Assembly: GCA_016192545.1 (NCBI GenBank) | Contig: JACPTX010000018.1 | Span: forward strand, 1 to 53,891 | Direction of reading: 5' to 3' | DNA from: Candidatus Omnitrophota bacterium | GTDB taxonomy: Bacteria > Omnitrophota > Gorgyraeia > Aquiviventales > Aquiviventaceae | Length of the DNA: 53,891 nucleotides | Part shown: positions 1 to 9,820 of the stretch, piece by piece | Numbering within the stretch: position 1 is the stretch's first letter | Layout of the letters: each line of letters opens with the position of its first letter | Program-made: the position numbers and the translations under genes | Notes under the pieces: model-generated | What the model was told of the DNA's origin: nothing | What the model saw: only the letters and a program-made list of their open reading frames with translations | Databases searched by the model: none

Positions 1-154
1 CCCCGCGGGCGTCGAGATGGTCATGCCCGGCGACAACATCGCGGTGACGGTGGAGCTCATCCAGCCCGTCGCGATGGAGACGGAACAGCGCTTCGCGATT
101 CGCGAGGGGGGCAAGACCGTCGGGGCCGGCGTCATCACCGAGATCGTCAAATGA
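1..154 (+). CDS. tuf: Elongation factor Tu, C-terminal fragment (5' end outside window)
   Basis: Frame 2 reads ...[48 protein letters not shown], stop TGA 152-154. This is the canonical EF-Tu C-terminus, and the S10 operon lies downstream. Confidence 0.9.
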   Translation, partial: PAGVEMVMPGDNIAVTVELIQPVAMETEQRFAIREGGKTVGAGVITEIVK

Positions 155-206
155 GGGGTCAGACCCCTCAAGGACGATGGTCTCAACTGACGGGGTCTGA
201 CCCCTC
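153..206. repeat. Composite palindromic element: GGGGTCAGACCCC, 24-nt spacer, GGGGTCTGACCCC
   Basis: 13-mers at 155-167 and 192-204. The 50-nt unit 155-204 is the reverse complement of 30830-30879 with one mismatch. It starts right after the tuf stop. Confidence 0.85.
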
Positions 207-213
207 TTAAGGC

Positions 214-522
214 ATGGTCCAGATTCCGAAGATTCGCATCAAGCTGAAGGCGTACGACCACCGGCTGCTCGACCAGTCGACGGCGGAGATCGTGGAGACC
301 GCCCGCCGCACCGGCGCGAAAATCGCCGGCCCGATCCCGCTGCCGACCAAGCGGGAGCTCTACACGGTCCTGCGCTCGCCGGTCATCGACAAGAAATCGC
401 GGGAGCAGTTCCAGATCACGACGCACAAGCGGCTGATCGATATCGTGGAGCCGACCTCGAAGACCGTGGATGCGCTTCGGAAGCTGAACCTGCCTTCCGG
501 GGTGTATGTCGAGTTGAAATGA
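214..522 (+). CDS. rpsJ: 30S ribosomal protein S10
   Basis: 102 aa: [16 protein letters not shown]...[15 protein letters not shown]. Position is after tuf. Confidence 0.97.
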   Translation: MVQIPKIRIKLKAYDHRLLDQSTAEIVETARRTGAKIAGPIPLPTKRELYTVLRSPVIDKKSREQFQITTHKRLIDIVEPTSKTVDALRKLNLPSGVYVELK

Positions 523-1298
523 GCATTGGCTTGCTTGCCAAAAAGATTGGGATGACCGAGTTGTTTAATGAGCACGGCCGCGCCGTGGCGGTGACCGTGC
601 TGCAGGCCGGCCCCTGCACCGTGACCCAGGTCAAGGACCCGAAGCGGGACGGCTATCGCGCGGTGCAGGTGGGGTTTGAGCCCATTGAGGCCGGGCGGCT
701 TTCCAAACCGCTGCAGGGCCTGTTCAAGAAGGCCGGCACCGGGGCGTTCCGCTATCTGCGCGAGTTCCGCCTGCCTGCGCCGCGCAAGGAAGGCAACGGG
801 GAGGCGCGGCAGGCAGGCATCGGTGAAGGTGAGTCGTACGCCGTTGGCCAGCAAATTACGGTGGGGGTCTTCAAGGAAGGGGAGCTGGTCGACATCACCG
901 GCACCTCGATCGGCAAGGGGTTCCAGGGCGGGGTCAAGCGCTGGCACTGGAAGGGCGGGCCCGCGACCCATGGGTCGACGTCGCACCGCGCGCCCGGCTC
1001 CATCGGCTCCACCACCAGCCCCGGCCGCGTCATCAAGGGGCACCACCTGCCCGGCCACATGGGCCATGACCGGGTGACGGTGCAGAACGTGCGCATCATG
1101 AAGATTGATCCGCAGGCCCACGCGATCTTTTTGCAAGGCGCGGTGCCGGGGCCGGAACGGCAGCTCGTGACCGTGAAGCAATCGATCAAGAAGCCCGGCG
1201 TGATCACCGCGGCCAAGCGGATGCAGGAAGTCGTCGTCGAAGAGGAAGAGCGGAGCAAGGGCGCCGCCAAAGCCAAGGCCGCGGCGAAGAAAAAGTGA
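519..1298 (+). CDS. rplC: 50S ribosomal protein L3 (with Lys/Ala-rich C-terminal tail)
   Basis: [16 protein letters not shown]...[23 protein letters not shown] overlap with rpsJ. Confidence 0.96.
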   Translation: MSIGLLAKKIGMTELFNEHGRAVAVTVLQAGPCTVTQVKDPKRDGYRAVQVGFEPIEAGRLSKPLQGLFKKAGTGAFRYLREFRLPAPRKEGNGEARQAGIGEGESYAVGQQITVGVFKEGELVDITGTSIGKGFQGGVKRWHWKGGPATHGSTSHRAPGSIGSTTSPGRVIKGHHLPGHMGHDRVTVQNVRIMKIDPQAHAIFLQGAVPGPERQLVTVKQSIKKPGVITAAKRMQEVVVEEEERSKGAAKAKAAAKKK

Positions 1299-1327
1299 GT
1301 GAGGGAGTGAGTGAGTCAGTGAGTAAG

Positions 1328-1948
1328 ATGGAACTCGCTGTAGTGGATTTGACGGGCAAGGCCGTGGAGCGGCTGTCCCTGGACGAGAAGCTCTGGGGCG
1401 GCCGCGTGAACCTCCGCCTGCTGGCGCAGGCCATCCCGGCCTACCGGGCGAGCCAACGCGCCGGCACCGCCTCGACCAAGACGCGGGGCGACGTGTCCGG
1501 AGGCGGCAAGAAACCCTGGAAGCAGAAGCACACCGGACGGGCGCGGGCCGGGTCCACCCGGTCTCCCTTGTGGCGGCATGGCGGGGTGGTGTTCGGGCCG
1601 CATCCGCGGGATTTCAGCCAGCATCTGCCGAAGGCGATCCGCCGCCGCGCGCTCCTGGAAAGCCTGAAGGGGAAGCTGCGGGATGAGGAGCTGGTCGTGC
1701 TGACGGAGCTGGCCGCGAAGGAGCCGAAGACCAAACCGTTCGCCGGGCTCGCGAAGACGTTCGCCGTGTCCAGGCGTTCGGTGATCGTGCTGCCGGCGTT
1801 TGATGGACCGACGGTGAAATCCCTGCGCAACCTGGCGCACTTCGCCCTGCGGCGGGCGGGGGACCTCAACGCGTTGGATGTCGTCAATGCCCAGAAGGTC
1901 CTGCTGACCAAAGACGCGTTTCAGAAAGTCGCCGAGCGGGTGGGATGA
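1328..1948 (+). CDS. rplD: 50S ribosomal protein L4
   Basis: [11 protein letters not shown]...[19 protein letters not shown]. The ORF track opens at GTG 1295, but those 11 extra codons lie in a GAGTGA repeat arm, so ATG 1328 fits L4 N-termini better. Confidence 0.93.
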   Translation: MELAVVDLTGKAVERLSLDEKLWGGRVNLRLLAQAIPAYRASQRAGTASTKTRGDVSGGGKKPWKQKHTGRARAGSTRSPLWRHGGVVFGPHPRDFSQHLPKAIRRRALLESLKGKLRDEELVVLTELAAKEPKTKPFAGLAKTFAVSRRSVIVLPAFDGPTVKSLRNLAHFALRRAGDLNALDVVNAQKVLLTKDAFQKVAERVG

Positions 1949-2012
1949 TCCCGCACCTTTCTGGATTCACGCTTTTGAACTTCAGGATCATGAATAGTCT
2001 GAAAGGTGCGGG

Positions 2013-2285
2013 ATGAGCAGCCAGATCATTCGAGGGGTCCGCCAGACCGAGAAGGGCGCGCGCATCGCCCGGCACCGGCAGTACATCCTGCAGGTGGTCC
2101 CGGAGGCCAACAAGGCCCAGATCAAGCAAGAGGCCGAAGCGCTGTTTCAGGTGTCCGTCGTGAAGGTCACGACGCAGAACTACGACGGCAAGTGGCGCCG
2201 GCTGACCGGCCGCTGGGGCCGCCGCCCGGCTTGGAAGAAGGCGTTCGTCACCGTGGCCGAAGGCCAGAAGATTGAGTTGAAGTAA
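2013..2285 (+). CDS. rplW: 50S ribosomal protein L23
   Basis: 90 aa, at the L4-L23-L2 position of the operon. Confidence 0.9.
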   Translation: MSSQIIRGVRQTEKGARIARHRQYILQVVPEANKAQIKQEAEALFQVSVVKVTTQNYDGKWRRLTGRWGRRPAWKKAFVTVAEGQKIELK

Positions 2286-2287
2286 CG

Positions 2288-3118
2288 ATGGGCATCAAAC
2301 AATACAAACCGACCACTCCCACCCGGCGCTGGCAGACCGTGTCGGATTTCAGCGAGCTGACGACCGACAAGCCCGAGAAGTCGCTGCTGGCGCCGATCAA
2401 GAAGACCGGCGGGCGCGACTCCTACGGGCACGTCACGAGCCGGTTCCGGGGCGGCGGGCACAAGCGCCGCTACCGGCTGATTGACTTCTACCGGCGGGAC
2501 AAGGCGGGTGTGGCGGCGGTCGTGAAGACGGTGGAGTACGACCCGAACCGCTCCAGCCGCATCTCGCTCGTGGAGTACGCCGACGGGGAGAAGCGCTACA
2601 TCCTCTGGCCGGACGGGCTGAAGGTCGGCGAGGAGATTCTGGCGGGTCCCGAGGCCGAGGTGAGGGTGGGCAACGCCCTGCCGCTGCGCAGCATTCCGCC
2701 CGGCGTGACGATTCACAATCTGGAGTTGGTCAAAGGCCGCGGCGGCCAGATGGTGCGTTCCGCCGGCGGGGCCGCCGTCATCCAGGCCAAGGAAGGCGAG
2801 CGGGCGCACGTCAAACTGCCCTCGGGGGAGGTGCGGCTGGTCTCGCTGGACTGCTGGGCGACGATCGGCCAGGTGGGCAACCTCGACCACGACGCGATTT
2901 CCATCGGCAAGGCGGGCCGCTCACGCTGGCTGGGGCGGCGGGGACACGTCCGGGGCGTCGCGATGAACCCGGTTGACCATCCGCACGGCGGCGGCGAGGG
3001 CAAATCCGGGCAGGGCAACCCCCATCCGGTCTCGCCATGGGGCTGGCACACGAAAGGCCGCAAGACGCGCAAGCCGGGCAAGTATTCAGAGCGACTCATT
3101 GTGAAACACCGAACGTGA
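2288..3118 (+). CDS. rplB: 50S ribosomal protein L2
   Basis: 276 aa: [22 protein letters not shown]...[13 protein letters not shown]. Confidence 0.98.
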   Translation: MGIKQYKPTTPTRRWQTVSDFSELTTDKPEKSLLAPIKKTGGRDSYGHVTSRFRGGGHKRRYRLIDFYRRDKAGVAAVVKTVEYDPNRSSRISLVEYADGEKRYILWPDGLKVGEEILAGPEAEVRVGNALPLRSIPPGVTIHNLELVKGRGGQMVRSAGGAAVIQAKEGERAHVKLPSGEVRLVSLDCWATIGQVGNLDHDAISIGKAGRSRWLGRRGHVRGVAMNPVDHPHGGGEGKSGQGNPHPVSPWGWHTKGRKTRKPGKYSERLIVKHRT

Positions 3119-3135
3119 AGACGTGAGGCAGTAAG

Positions 3136-3477
3136 ATGGGACGATCAGTCAAGAAAGGGCCGTTCGTCGACGATCATCTGATGGAGAAAGTCCAGAAGGC
3201 GCGCCAGACGAACGACCGCAAACCGATCAAGACGTGGTCGCGCCGCTCGACCGTCACGCCGGATTTCGTCGGCCTGGCCTTCATGATTCACAACGGCAGG
3301 ACGTTCCAGACCGTCTACGCGACCGAGAACATGGTCGGCCACAAGCTGGGGGAATTCGCGCCGACCAGGGTCTTCCGCAAGCACGGCGGCGTGAAGAAGG
3401 CCGCGGCGCCCGGCGCCCCGACAGCCGTCGGGGCGGCGGCTCCTGCCGCGGCCCCTGCCGCGTCGGCTGGGAAGTGA
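3136..3477 (+). CDS. rpsS: 30S ribosomal protein S19 with Ala/Pro-rich C-terminal extension
   Basis: [19 protein letters not shown]...[11 protein letters not shown]. The tail contains the PTAVG palindrome. Confidence 0.96.
   Translation: MGRSVKKGPFVDDHLMEKVQKARQTNDRKPIKTWSRRSTVTPDFVGLAFMIHNGRTFQTVYATENMVGHKLGEFAPTRVFRKHGGVKKAAAPGAPTAVGAAAPAAAPAASAGK
3416..3433. repeat. 18-bp palindrome CCCCGACAGCCGTCGGGG, read in frame as P-T-A-V-G, in the rpsS tail
   Basis: Direct reading. The same element occurs at 6406, 8686, 22498 and 40764, with an expanded variant at 30541. Confidence 0.9.
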
Positions 3478-3479
3478 CG

Positions 3480-3935
3480 ATGCTGGCCAGGGCGGTGGAA
3501 AAATACATCCGGATGTCGCCGCGCAAGGTGCGCTACGTGATGGAGCCGATCCGGAGCCGCACCGTCGGGGAGGCGTTGAACATGCTGGCCGCCATCAACC
3601 GGCGCGCGGCCAGGCCGGTGGCGAACGCGATCGCCTCGGCGTTCGCGAACGCCAAGCAACAGGATCCGACGCTGACGGAAGACCAGGTGATCATCAGCCG
3701 CCTGATCGCGGACGGAGGCCCGGTCTGGAAACGGTTCCGGGCCGCGGCGTTCGGCCGGGCTGCGCGTCTGCGCAAGCCCACGACGCACATCACGGTGGTG
3801 CTGGACCGGAACGCGGCCGGCCCCGCCCGCTTTGCTTCGCAAAGCGAAGCAGGCGGGGCAGTCAGCCGTCGGCCCGCCAAGCGCGCCGCAGTCGGCGCGA
3901 AGGCCTCACAAGGAAGAAAGCGCGATGGGACATAA
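3480..3935 (+). CDS. rplV: 50S ribosomal protein L22 with C-terminal extension
   Basis: MLARAVEKYIRMSPRKVRYVMEPIRSRTVGEALNML... ATG 3480 is in frame with track ORF 3234..3935. Confidence 0.93.
   Translation: MLARAVEKYIRMSPRKVRYVMEPIRSRTVGEALNMLAAINRRAARPVANAIASAFANAKQQDPTLTEDQVIISRLIADGGPVWKRFRAAAFGRAARLRKPTTHITVVLDRNAAGPARFASQSEAGGAVSRRPAKRAAVGAKASQGRKRDGT
3826..3857. repeat. In-frame hairpin element (TGCTTCGC-AAA-GCGAAGCA core with CCCGC/GCGGG outer stem) in the rplV tail
   Basis: 8-bp perfect stem 3833-3840/3844-3851. It encodes FASQSEAGG and has the same design as the intergenic hairpin at 27504-27537. Confidence 0.7.
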
Positions 3936-4659
3936 AGTCAATCCGGTGTGTCTGCGGATCGGGGTGAACAAGGTCTGGGCCTCGCGGTGGTTCGCGCCGT
4001 CGAAGCGGCAGTTTGCGGCCTATCTCCACGAGGACCGCCAGGTCCGGGAGCTGCTGAAGCGCGAGCTCGACGCGGCCGCCGTGGGCCGGGTGGACATCGA
4101 GCGCTCCCCGGAATACATCCGGATCATCATCCACACCGCCCGCCCGGGCGTCCTGATCGGCCGGCGCGGCGAGAACATCCAGCGGCTCCAGGAGCAGGTG
4201 CAGCGCATCGTCGGCACCCAGAAGCAATTGAAGATGGACTATATCGAGATCACGAACCCGTACATCGAAGCCTCCCTCATCGGGCAATCCATCGCCTTCC
4301 AGCTGGAGAAGCGCATCGCGTTCCGGCGGGCGATGAAGCGCGCGATCCAGCAGGCGATGGAAGGCGGGGCGAAGGGCGTGAAGATCCTCTGCGCCGGACG
4401 GCTCGGCGGCGGTGAGATGAAGCGCCGCGAGAAGTACCGGGACGGCAAGGTGCCGCTCGGCACCCTCCGGTCGGACATCGACTTCGGCGAGGCGACCGCG
4501 CACACGACGACCGGGTGCATCGGCGTCAAGGTGTGGATCTATAAGGGCGACGTGATCAGGCTGAAGCCCGAAGAGAAGTCGAGATCAGTGGAAGGCGGCC
4601 GGCCGATGGCGAGGTCGGAAGGATCGCAGTTGGCGGCCGTCGAACAGCCGTCGCGCTAA
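3925..4659 (+). CDS. rpsC: 30S ribosomal protein S3
   Basis: MGHKVNPVCLRIGVNKVWASRWFA... AGGAAG lies 9 nt upstream of ATG 3925. Overlaps the rplV end by 11 nt. Confidence 0.95.
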   Translation: MGHKVNPVCLRIGVNKVWASRWFAPSKRQFAAYLHEDRQVRELLKRELDAAAVGRVDIERSPEYIRIIIHTARPGVLIGRRGENIQRLQEQVQRIVGTQKQLKMDYIEITNPYIEASLIGQSIAFQLEKRIAFRRAMKRAIQQAMEGGAKGVKILCAGRLGGGEMKRREKYRDGKVPLGTLRSDIDFGEATAHTTTGCIGVKVWIYKGDVIRLKPEEKSRSVEGGRPMARSEGSQLAAVEQPSR

Positions 4660-4665
4660 CCGGAC

Positions 4666-5094
4666 ATGCCACTCTTGCTGCCGAAACGCGTCAAATACCG
4701 CAAGGCGCATCGCGGCAAGCGCGCCGGGGTCGCCAAAGGCGGCACACGGCTCGCCTTCGGCGAATTCGGATTGAAGGCGCTGGGGAACGGCTGGATCACC
4801 GCCGCGCAGATTGAGTCCTCCCGCGTCGCGATCACGCGCGGACTGGGCACCGGCAAGCTGTGGATCCGGATCTTTCCGGATAAGCCGGTCACGAGCCACG
4901 GGCAGGAAAAGACGATGGGGGCGGGCAAGGGCATGGTCGACCATTGGGTCGCGGTGGTCAAACGGGGCCGCGTCATGTTCGAAGTGGACGGCGTGCCGGA
5001 GATCATGGCGAAAGACGCCCTGCGGCTGGCCGCCCACAAGCTGCCGCTGCGCAGCCGGTTCGTCAGCCGGAAAGAGCAAACGGTGGTGGCCTGA
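4666..5094 (+). CDS. rplP: 50S ribosomal protein L16
   Basis: [21 protein letters not shown]... Confidence 0.96.
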   Translation: MPLLLPKRVKYRKAHRGKRAGVAKGGTRLAFGEFGLKALGNGWITAAQIESSRVAITRGLGTGKLWIRIFPDKPVTSHGQEKTMGAGKGMVDHWVAVVKRGRVMFEVDGVPEIMAKDALRLAAHKLPLRSRFVSRKEQTVVA

Positions 5095-5300
5095 TGGCCG
5101 GCGTGTCGGAGTTGCGGGGTCTGCCGGAAGCGGAATTGCGCCAGCGTCTCGCCCAGACGCGCCAGGAACTGGTGACGCTGCGCCTCAAGGCGAAGCAGGG
5201 GGCGCTGGAGCAGCCGCATCGCATCCGGCAGATGCGCCGCGACATCGCCCGGATGCTCACCACCTTGCACGAACAGGTCAAGGGTCCACGCGCCTCATGA
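5094..5300 (+). CDS. rpmC: 50S ribosomal protein L29
   Basis: 68 aa: [35 protein letters not shown] overlaps the rplP TGA. Confidence 0.9.
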   Translation: MAGVSELRGLPEAELRQRLAQTRQELVTLRLKAKQGALEQPHRIRQMRRDIARMLTTLHEQVKGPRAS

Positions 5301-5644
5301 GCCCCTCGAGGACGTTGCGGAAAACGCGGATCGGGATCGTGGTGAGCAACCGGATGCAGAAAACCATCGTCGTGCAGGTCCGCCGATTGGTCCGCCACCC
5401 GCAGTTTTCCCGCGTGGTCCGGCGGATGGTGAAGTTCAAGGTGCACGACGAGACCAACCGGGCGAAGATCGGCGACTGGGTGAAGATCATGGAGACCCGG
5501 CCGCTGTCCAAGGACAAGCGCTGGCGGTTGGTCGAGATTGTGCGCCAAGGCTCCTCGGCTCCCGAGGTGCCGGTGGATGAGGCGGAGCGGCCGAAGGAAT
5601 CCCGCCCGCCCGCCCCGGCGGCAGCCCCGGAGGCGTCCGCATGA
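5297..5644 (+). CDS. rpsQ: 30S ribosomal protein S17 with Pro/Ala-rich tail
   Basis: [30 protein letters not shown]...[12 protein letters not shown]. Confidence 0.93.
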   Translation: MSPSRTLRKTRIGIVVSNRMQKTIVVQVRRLVRHPQFSRVVRRMVKFKVHDETNRAKIGDWVKIMETRPLSKDKRWRLVEIVRQGSSAPEVPVDEAERPKESRPPAPAAAPEASA

Positions 5645-6009
5645 TCGCCATGCGCACGCAGCTGGCCGTGGCGGATAACACGGGCGTCAAAAAGGTGTCG
5701 TGCATCGGCGTCGTGGGCCGCTCCGGCAAGCCCAAGGCCCATCTGGGCGACGTCATCACGTGCAACGTCCGCGAGGCGGACCCGGATGCCATGGTGAAGA
5801 AGGGGGAGCTCGTCCGCGGCGTGATCGTCCGGACGGTCGCCCCGGTCAGGCGCCCGGACGGGACGTGGCTGCGGTTTGACACCAACGCGGTCGTCCTCAT
5901 CGATCCGCAGGGCAATCCGCGCGGCACCCGCGTCTTCGGGCCGGTCGCGCGCGAGCTGCGGGAGCGCCGGTTTATGAAGATCATTTCCCTCGCGCCGGAG
6001 GTCGTATGA
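5641..6009 (+). CDS. rplN: 50S ribosomal protein L14
   Basis: 122 aa: [22 protein letters not shown]... Confidence 0.96.
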   Translation: MIAMRTQLAVADNTGVKKVSCIGVVGRSGKPKAHLGDVITCNVREADPDAMVKKGELVRGVIVRTVAPVRRPDGTWLRFDTNAVVLIDPQGNPRGTRVFGPVARELRERRFMKIISLAPEVV

Positions 6010-6014
6010 CAGGT

Positions 6015-6055
6015 CCGGTGTCAGGCACCTCGCTTCGCTCGGAGCCAGACACCGG
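6015..6055. repeat. Intergenic inverted repeat CCGGTGTC...GACACCGG between rplN and rplX
   Basis: 8-bp arms at 6015-6022 and 6048-6055 flank a partly self-complementary core, AGGCACCTCGCTTCGCTCGGAGCCA. Confidence 0.6.
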
Positions 6056-6066
6056 CAGAGGCTACG

Positions 6067-6381
6067 ATGGCTAGACTGAAGAAAGGCGACCACGTCGCGG
6101 TGTTGAACGGCAAGGACCGCGGCAAGCGCGGCAAGATCCTGCAGGTGTTCCCGGCCCGCGGCTCCGCGCTGGTCGAGCGGATCAACCTCGCCAAGCATTT
6201 CGAGCGCCGCACCCAGCAGAACCAGGCCGGCGGGATCATCGAGCGCGAGACGCCCATCGTGCTGGACAAGCTGGCGCTGGTCTGCCCGCGCTGCGACAAG
6301 CCGACCCGCGTGGGCTGGAAGGTCAGCCCTGAGGGGACCAAACAGCGCGTGTGCAAGCGCTGTCACGAGGCGGTGCAGTGA
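6067..6381 (+). CDS. rplX: 50S ribosomal protein L24
   Basis: MARLKKGDHVAVLNGKDRGKRGKILQV (KOW motif). Confidence 0.94.
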   Translation: MARLKKGDHVAVLNGKDRGKRGKILQVFPARGSALVERINLAKHFERRTQQNQAGGIIERETPIVLDKLALVCPRCDKPTRVGWKVSPEGTKQRVCKRCHEAVQ

Positions 6382-7007
6382 TGGCCGCGGCGACGGCCCC
6401 CCAGACCCCGACAGCCGTCGGGGGGGTCGGGGCTGCGGCGGGACCCAGGCCGAGGCTGTCGGAGCGCTATCAGCGGGAGTTGGTTCCGGCCCTGATGGCG
6501 CAGTTCAAGCACACCAACCGGCTGGCGGTCCCCCGCCTGACCAAGATCGTGCTCAATATCGGCTGCGGCGAGGCCGCGCACGACGCCAAGATCCTCGAGG
6601 AGGTCCAGCGGAATCTGGCGACGATCAGCGGGCAGCGGCCGATCGTCACGCGGGCCAAGAAGGCCGTCTCGAACTTCAAGATCCAGGAAGGCGATCCGGT
6701 CGGCTGCAAGGTGACCCTGCGGCGCCGGCGGATGTACGAATTCCTGGACCGCCTCGTGAGCATTGCGCTGCCGCGCATCCGCGACTTCCGGGGGCTGTCG
6801 GCCAAGTCGTTTGATGCGAGCGGCAACTACAGCTTCGGCATCCGGGAGCTCTCGATGTTCCCCGAGCTGCATCCGGATGACCTGCACTACCCGATGGGGA
6901 TGGACGTGGTGATTGCGACGACGGCTCCGAGTCCCCAGGAAGCCCGGGCGCTCCTGGAAGGGTTCAAGATGCCCTTTGAGAAGGCGGCGAAAACCGAACA
7001 GTCGTGA
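6381..7007 (+). CDS. rplE: 50S ribosomal protein L5 with N-terminal extension
   Basis: ...[37 protein letters not shown]... ATG 6381 overlaps the rplX TGA. The extension contains the PTAVG palindrome. Confidence 0.92.
   Translation: MAAATAPQTPTAVGGVGAAAGPRPRLSERYQRELVPALMAQFKHTNRLAVPRLTKIVLNIGCGEAAHDAKILEEVQRNLATISGQRPIVTRAKKAVSNFKIQEGDPVGCKVTLRRRRMYEFLDRLVSIALPRIRDFRGLSAKSFDASGNYSFGIRELSMFPELHPDDLHYPMGMDVVIATTAPSPQEARALLEGFKMPFEKAAKTEQS
6406..6423. repeat. 18-bp PTAVG palindrome in the rplE N-terminal extension
   Basis: CCCCGACAGCCGTCGGGG, read as PTAVG. Confidence 0.9.
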
Positions 7008-7192
7008 TGGCGAAAACCTCCTGGATTGAGAAGGCCAAGCGTCCTCCGAAATTTTCCACCCGCGTCGTGCGCCGGTGCAACCGGTGCGGGCGGCGGCGGG
7101 GCTACTACCGGCGGTTCGGCCTCTGCCGGATGTGCTTCCGGGAGATGGCCTGGCGCGGCGAGGTCCCCGGCGTGACGAAGGCGAGCTGGTGA
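7007..7192 (+). CDS. rpsN: 30S ribosomal protein S14, short zinc-binding (type Z) form
   Basis: 61 aa: [39 protein letters not shown] (CxxC...CxxC). Confidence 0.93.
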   Translation: MAKTSWIEKAKRPPKFSTRVVRRCNRCGRRRGYYRRFGLCRMCFREMAWRGEVPGVTKASW

Positions 7193-7205
7193 GCGGAGTC
7201 GACCC

Positions 7206-7604
7206 ATGATCACGGATCCCATCGCGGATCTGGTCACGAAAATCCTGAACGCCTCGCGGGCGCGGCACGCGATCGTCGAAGTGCGGGCCTCGCGCATGAG
7301 CCAGCAGATCCTCTTTGTGCTCAAGCAGGAAGGCTTCATCCGGAACTACAAATCGGTCGGGCAGGCGCCCCGCCAGCAGTTCCGCGTGTACCTCAAGTAC
7401 GTCGCGCCTGGACGCACGCCGGCCATCTCACAGATGATCCGGATCTCCAAGCCCGGGCAGCGCCGCTATCGCGGGGTACAGGAGCTGCCGCGGGTGCTGA
7501 ACGGCATCGGGCGGGCGGTCCTCACGACGTCGAAAGGGATCATCACGGATCAGGAGGCGCGCCGCCAGAAGGTCGGCGGCGAGGTGCTGTGTTATGTGTG
7601 GTGA
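7206..7604 (+). CDS. rpsH: 30S ribosomal protein S8
   Basis: MITDPIADLVTKILNASRARH... Confidence 0.96.
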   Translation: MITDPIADLVTKILNASRARHAIVEVRASRMSQQILFVLKQEGFIRNYKSVGQAPRQQFRVYLKYVAPGRTPAISQMIRISKPGQRRYRGVQELPRVLNGIGRAVLTTSKGIITDQEARRQKVGGEVLCYVW

Positions 7605-7607
7605 GTG

Positions 7608-8207
7608 ATGTCACGCATTGGTCGGATTCCGGTCGCCATCCCTGACAAGGTGAACGTGGTCCAGGAAGGGGGGACCCTGTCCGTCCAGGGACCGTCGGGG
7701 ACGCTGTCGCTCGCGATCCCGTCGGACCTCTCGGTCTCGATCCAGGCCCCCGCCGAGGGCGGCCCAGGCGGCAGGCACGTGGTCGTCCAACGGGCCAGCG
7801 ACCTGAAGCCGGTCAAGGCGCTCCACGGGTTGTACCGCGCGATGATCGCCAACATGGTGCGCGGGGTGACGGAAGGCTTCATCAAGGAGCTCGAGATTCT
7901 CGGCGTCGGCTACCGGGCGCAGGTGCAGGGCCAGTCGCTGGCGTTGCACGTCGGCTTCTCGCACCCGGTCATGGTGCCGATCCCGCAGGGCATCACCGTG
8001 CAAACGCCCAAGCCCACGAGCGTCGTCGTGAAGGGCATGGACAAGCAGCTCGTCGGGCAGGTGGCGGCCAACATCCGGCGCGTGGCGCCCCCTGAGCCGT
8101 ACAAGGGCAAGGGCATCAAGTACGCGGGCGAGGTGATCCGCCGCAAGGCGGGCAAGGCCGCGACGGGAGCCAAGGGTGGTGGTGCCGGCGGCGGAGGGGC
8201 GGGATGA
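7608..8207 (+). CDS. rplF: 50S ribosomal protein L6 with Gly-rich tail
   Basis: [17 protein letters not shown]...[14 protein letters not shown]. Confidence 0.95.
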   Translation: MSRIGRIPVAIPDKVNVVQEGGTLSVQGPSGTLSLAIPSDLSVSIQAPAEGGPGGRHVVVQRASDLKPVKALHGLYRAMIANMVRGVTEGFIKELEILGVGYRAQVQGQSLALHVGFSHPVMVPIPQGITVQTPKPTSVVVKGMDKQLVGQVAANIRRVAPPEPYKGKGIKYAGEVIRRKAGKAATGAKGGGAGGGGAG

Positions 8208-8265
8208 CCCATTCGACGCGCGTTCGCTTGCTCAGGGTCATGGTGAGCAGGGTCGAACCATGAGC
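8205..8265 (+). repeat. Stop-to-start intergenic cassette (TGACCCATTCG...CTTGCTCAGGGTCATGGTGAGC...GTCGAACCATGAGC), copy 1
   Basis: Its first 3 nt are the rplF stop and its ATG (8260) is the rplR start. A second copy lies at 21581-21653. Confidence 0.85.
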
Positions 8266-8628
8266 CAGACCAGTCAGAGAACGCTCGGCCGGTTGAACCG
8301 CCACCGGCGCATCCGCAAGCGGCTCATGGGCCTGCCGGACCGGCCCCGCCTGTCGGTGTTCCGCAGCCACAAGCATCTGTACGCCCAGCTCATCAACGAC
8401 TACGAGAACCGGACGCTGTTCAGCTGCTCCACCCAGGTCGAGGCCCTGCGCGCGCAGTCCACGCGGGGCGGGACGATCGCGGCGGCGGATCAGTTGGGCC
8501 GCGTGGTCGCGCAGGAAGCGATCAAGCGCGGGATCCAGCAGGTGGTCTTCGACCGCGGCGGCTACCAGTATCATGGGCGCGTCAAGGCGCTGGCTGAAGC
8601 GGCCCGGCAGGGCGGGTTGCAATTTTGA
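8260..8628 (+). CDS. rplR: 50S ribosomal protein L18
   Basis: [42 protein letters not shown]. Confidence 0.94.
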   Translation: MSQTSQRTLGRLNRHRRIRKRLMGLPDRPRLSVFRSHKHLYAQLINDYENRTLFSCSTQVEALRAQSTRGGTIAAADQLGRVVAQEAIKRGIQQVVFDRGGYQYHGRVKALAEAARQGGLQF

Positions 8629-9281
8629 TGGGAGCTGAGATGACACCCCCCCAGGCACCAACGCCAACACCCACACCAGCGCCGGCCCCGACAGCCGTCG
8701 GGGCGCCGCCGTCATTCAGAGGCCGCCGGCCTCAACGGCGCGGCGGAGGGCCGCGGCGAGGAGGATTTCAGCAAGGCGGCGCGGGGGGGCAGCAGAGCCC
8801 CTATATGGAAAAGCTGATCAGCATCAACCGCGTCGCCAAAGTCCATAAGGGCGGCAAGCGCCTGGCGTTCAACGCGCTGGCGGTCGTCGGGGACGGACAG
8901 GGCCGCGTGGGGGTGGCGCTGGGCAAGGCGAATGAGGCCTCGGACGCCATCCGCAAAGGCTTCGCCAGAGCGCAGCAGCAGATGGTGACGATCGTGCTGA
9001 AGGGCCGCACCATTCCGCATGAGGCCGTCGGCAAGTACGATGCCTGCAGGGTGCTCCTCAAGCCGGCCAGTCCGGGAACCGGCATCATCGCCGGGGGGCC
9101 GGTGCGGGCGATCTGCGAAGCCTGCGGGATCCGCGACATTCTGACGAAGAGCCTGGGATCCAGCAACGCCATCAACCTGGCGAAAGCGACGGTGCTGGGC
9201 CTGACGTCGCTGCAGTCAGCCGAGACGATCCAGCAGCGCTGGAAATCCCCCAGTGAAGCGCTGGATGAGGATGAGCAATAA
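8628..9281 (+). CDS. rpsE: 30S ribosomal protein S5 with long Pro/Gly/Arg-rich N-terminal extension
   Basis: ...[37 protein letters not shown]... Exact start is uncertain (ATG 8628 or 8640). Confidence 0.92.
   Translation: MGAEMTPPQAPTPTPTPAPAPTAVGAPPSFRGRRPQRRGGGPRRGGFQQGGAGGQQSPYMEKLISINRVAKVHKGGKRLAFNALAVVGDGQGRVGVALGKANEASDAIRKGFARAQQQMVTIVLKGRTIPHEAVGKYDACRVLLKPASPGTGIIAGGPVRAICEACGIRDILTKSLGSSNAINLAKATVLGLTSLQSAETIQQRWKSPSEALDEDEQ
8686..8703. repeat. 18-bp PTAVG palindrome in the rpsE N-terminal extension
   Basis: CCCCGACAGCCGTCGGGG, read as PTAVG. Confidence 0.9.
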
Positions 9282-9284
9282 CCC

Positions 9285-9820
9285 ATGAACATCGCCTCGA
9301 TTCCTGCTGTGCCTGGCGCCCGCAAGCGGCGCAAGCGGGTGGGGCGCGGGATCGGCTCCGGCCATGGCAAGACCTCGACCCGCGGGCAGAAGGGCCAGCG
9401 CGCCCGGACCGGCTCGCGCAAGCGGCCGGGGTTCGAGGGCGGCCAGACCCCGCTGATCCGCAAGCTGCCCAAGCGCGGCTTCAGGCGCAAGGCCACGGGC
9501 CGTGCGCGCATCCGCGAAATCGTGAACCTCGAGCAGCTGAACCGCTTCAGCGACGGCCAGCGTGTGACGCCGGAGGCGCTGAGGGAGTCCGGCCTGATCA
9601 AGGACACGGCGCACGAGGTGAAGCTGTTGGGCGACGGCGCGCTCTCCAAGCGGCTGACGATCGCCGTGCATCTCGCCAGCGAGTCGGCCAAGGCCAAGGT
9701 GACGCAGGCCGGCGGAACCGTCGAGCTCCTTGACAAGACAAGGACATCCCAGGAAGGTTCAAGGTTCAAGGGTCAAGGTTCAGGGCCAGAACCTCGAGCC
9801 TCGAACCTCGAGCCTCGAAC

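Noticed and set aside
9756-9820. Considered whether the tandem GGTTCAAGG/CCTCGAACC short repeats (also 51365, 52565) could be a CRISPR array
   Set aside because: There is no repeat-spacer periodicity. Units are 9 nt and arranged as two complementary arms inside coding sequence, and there are no cas genes.
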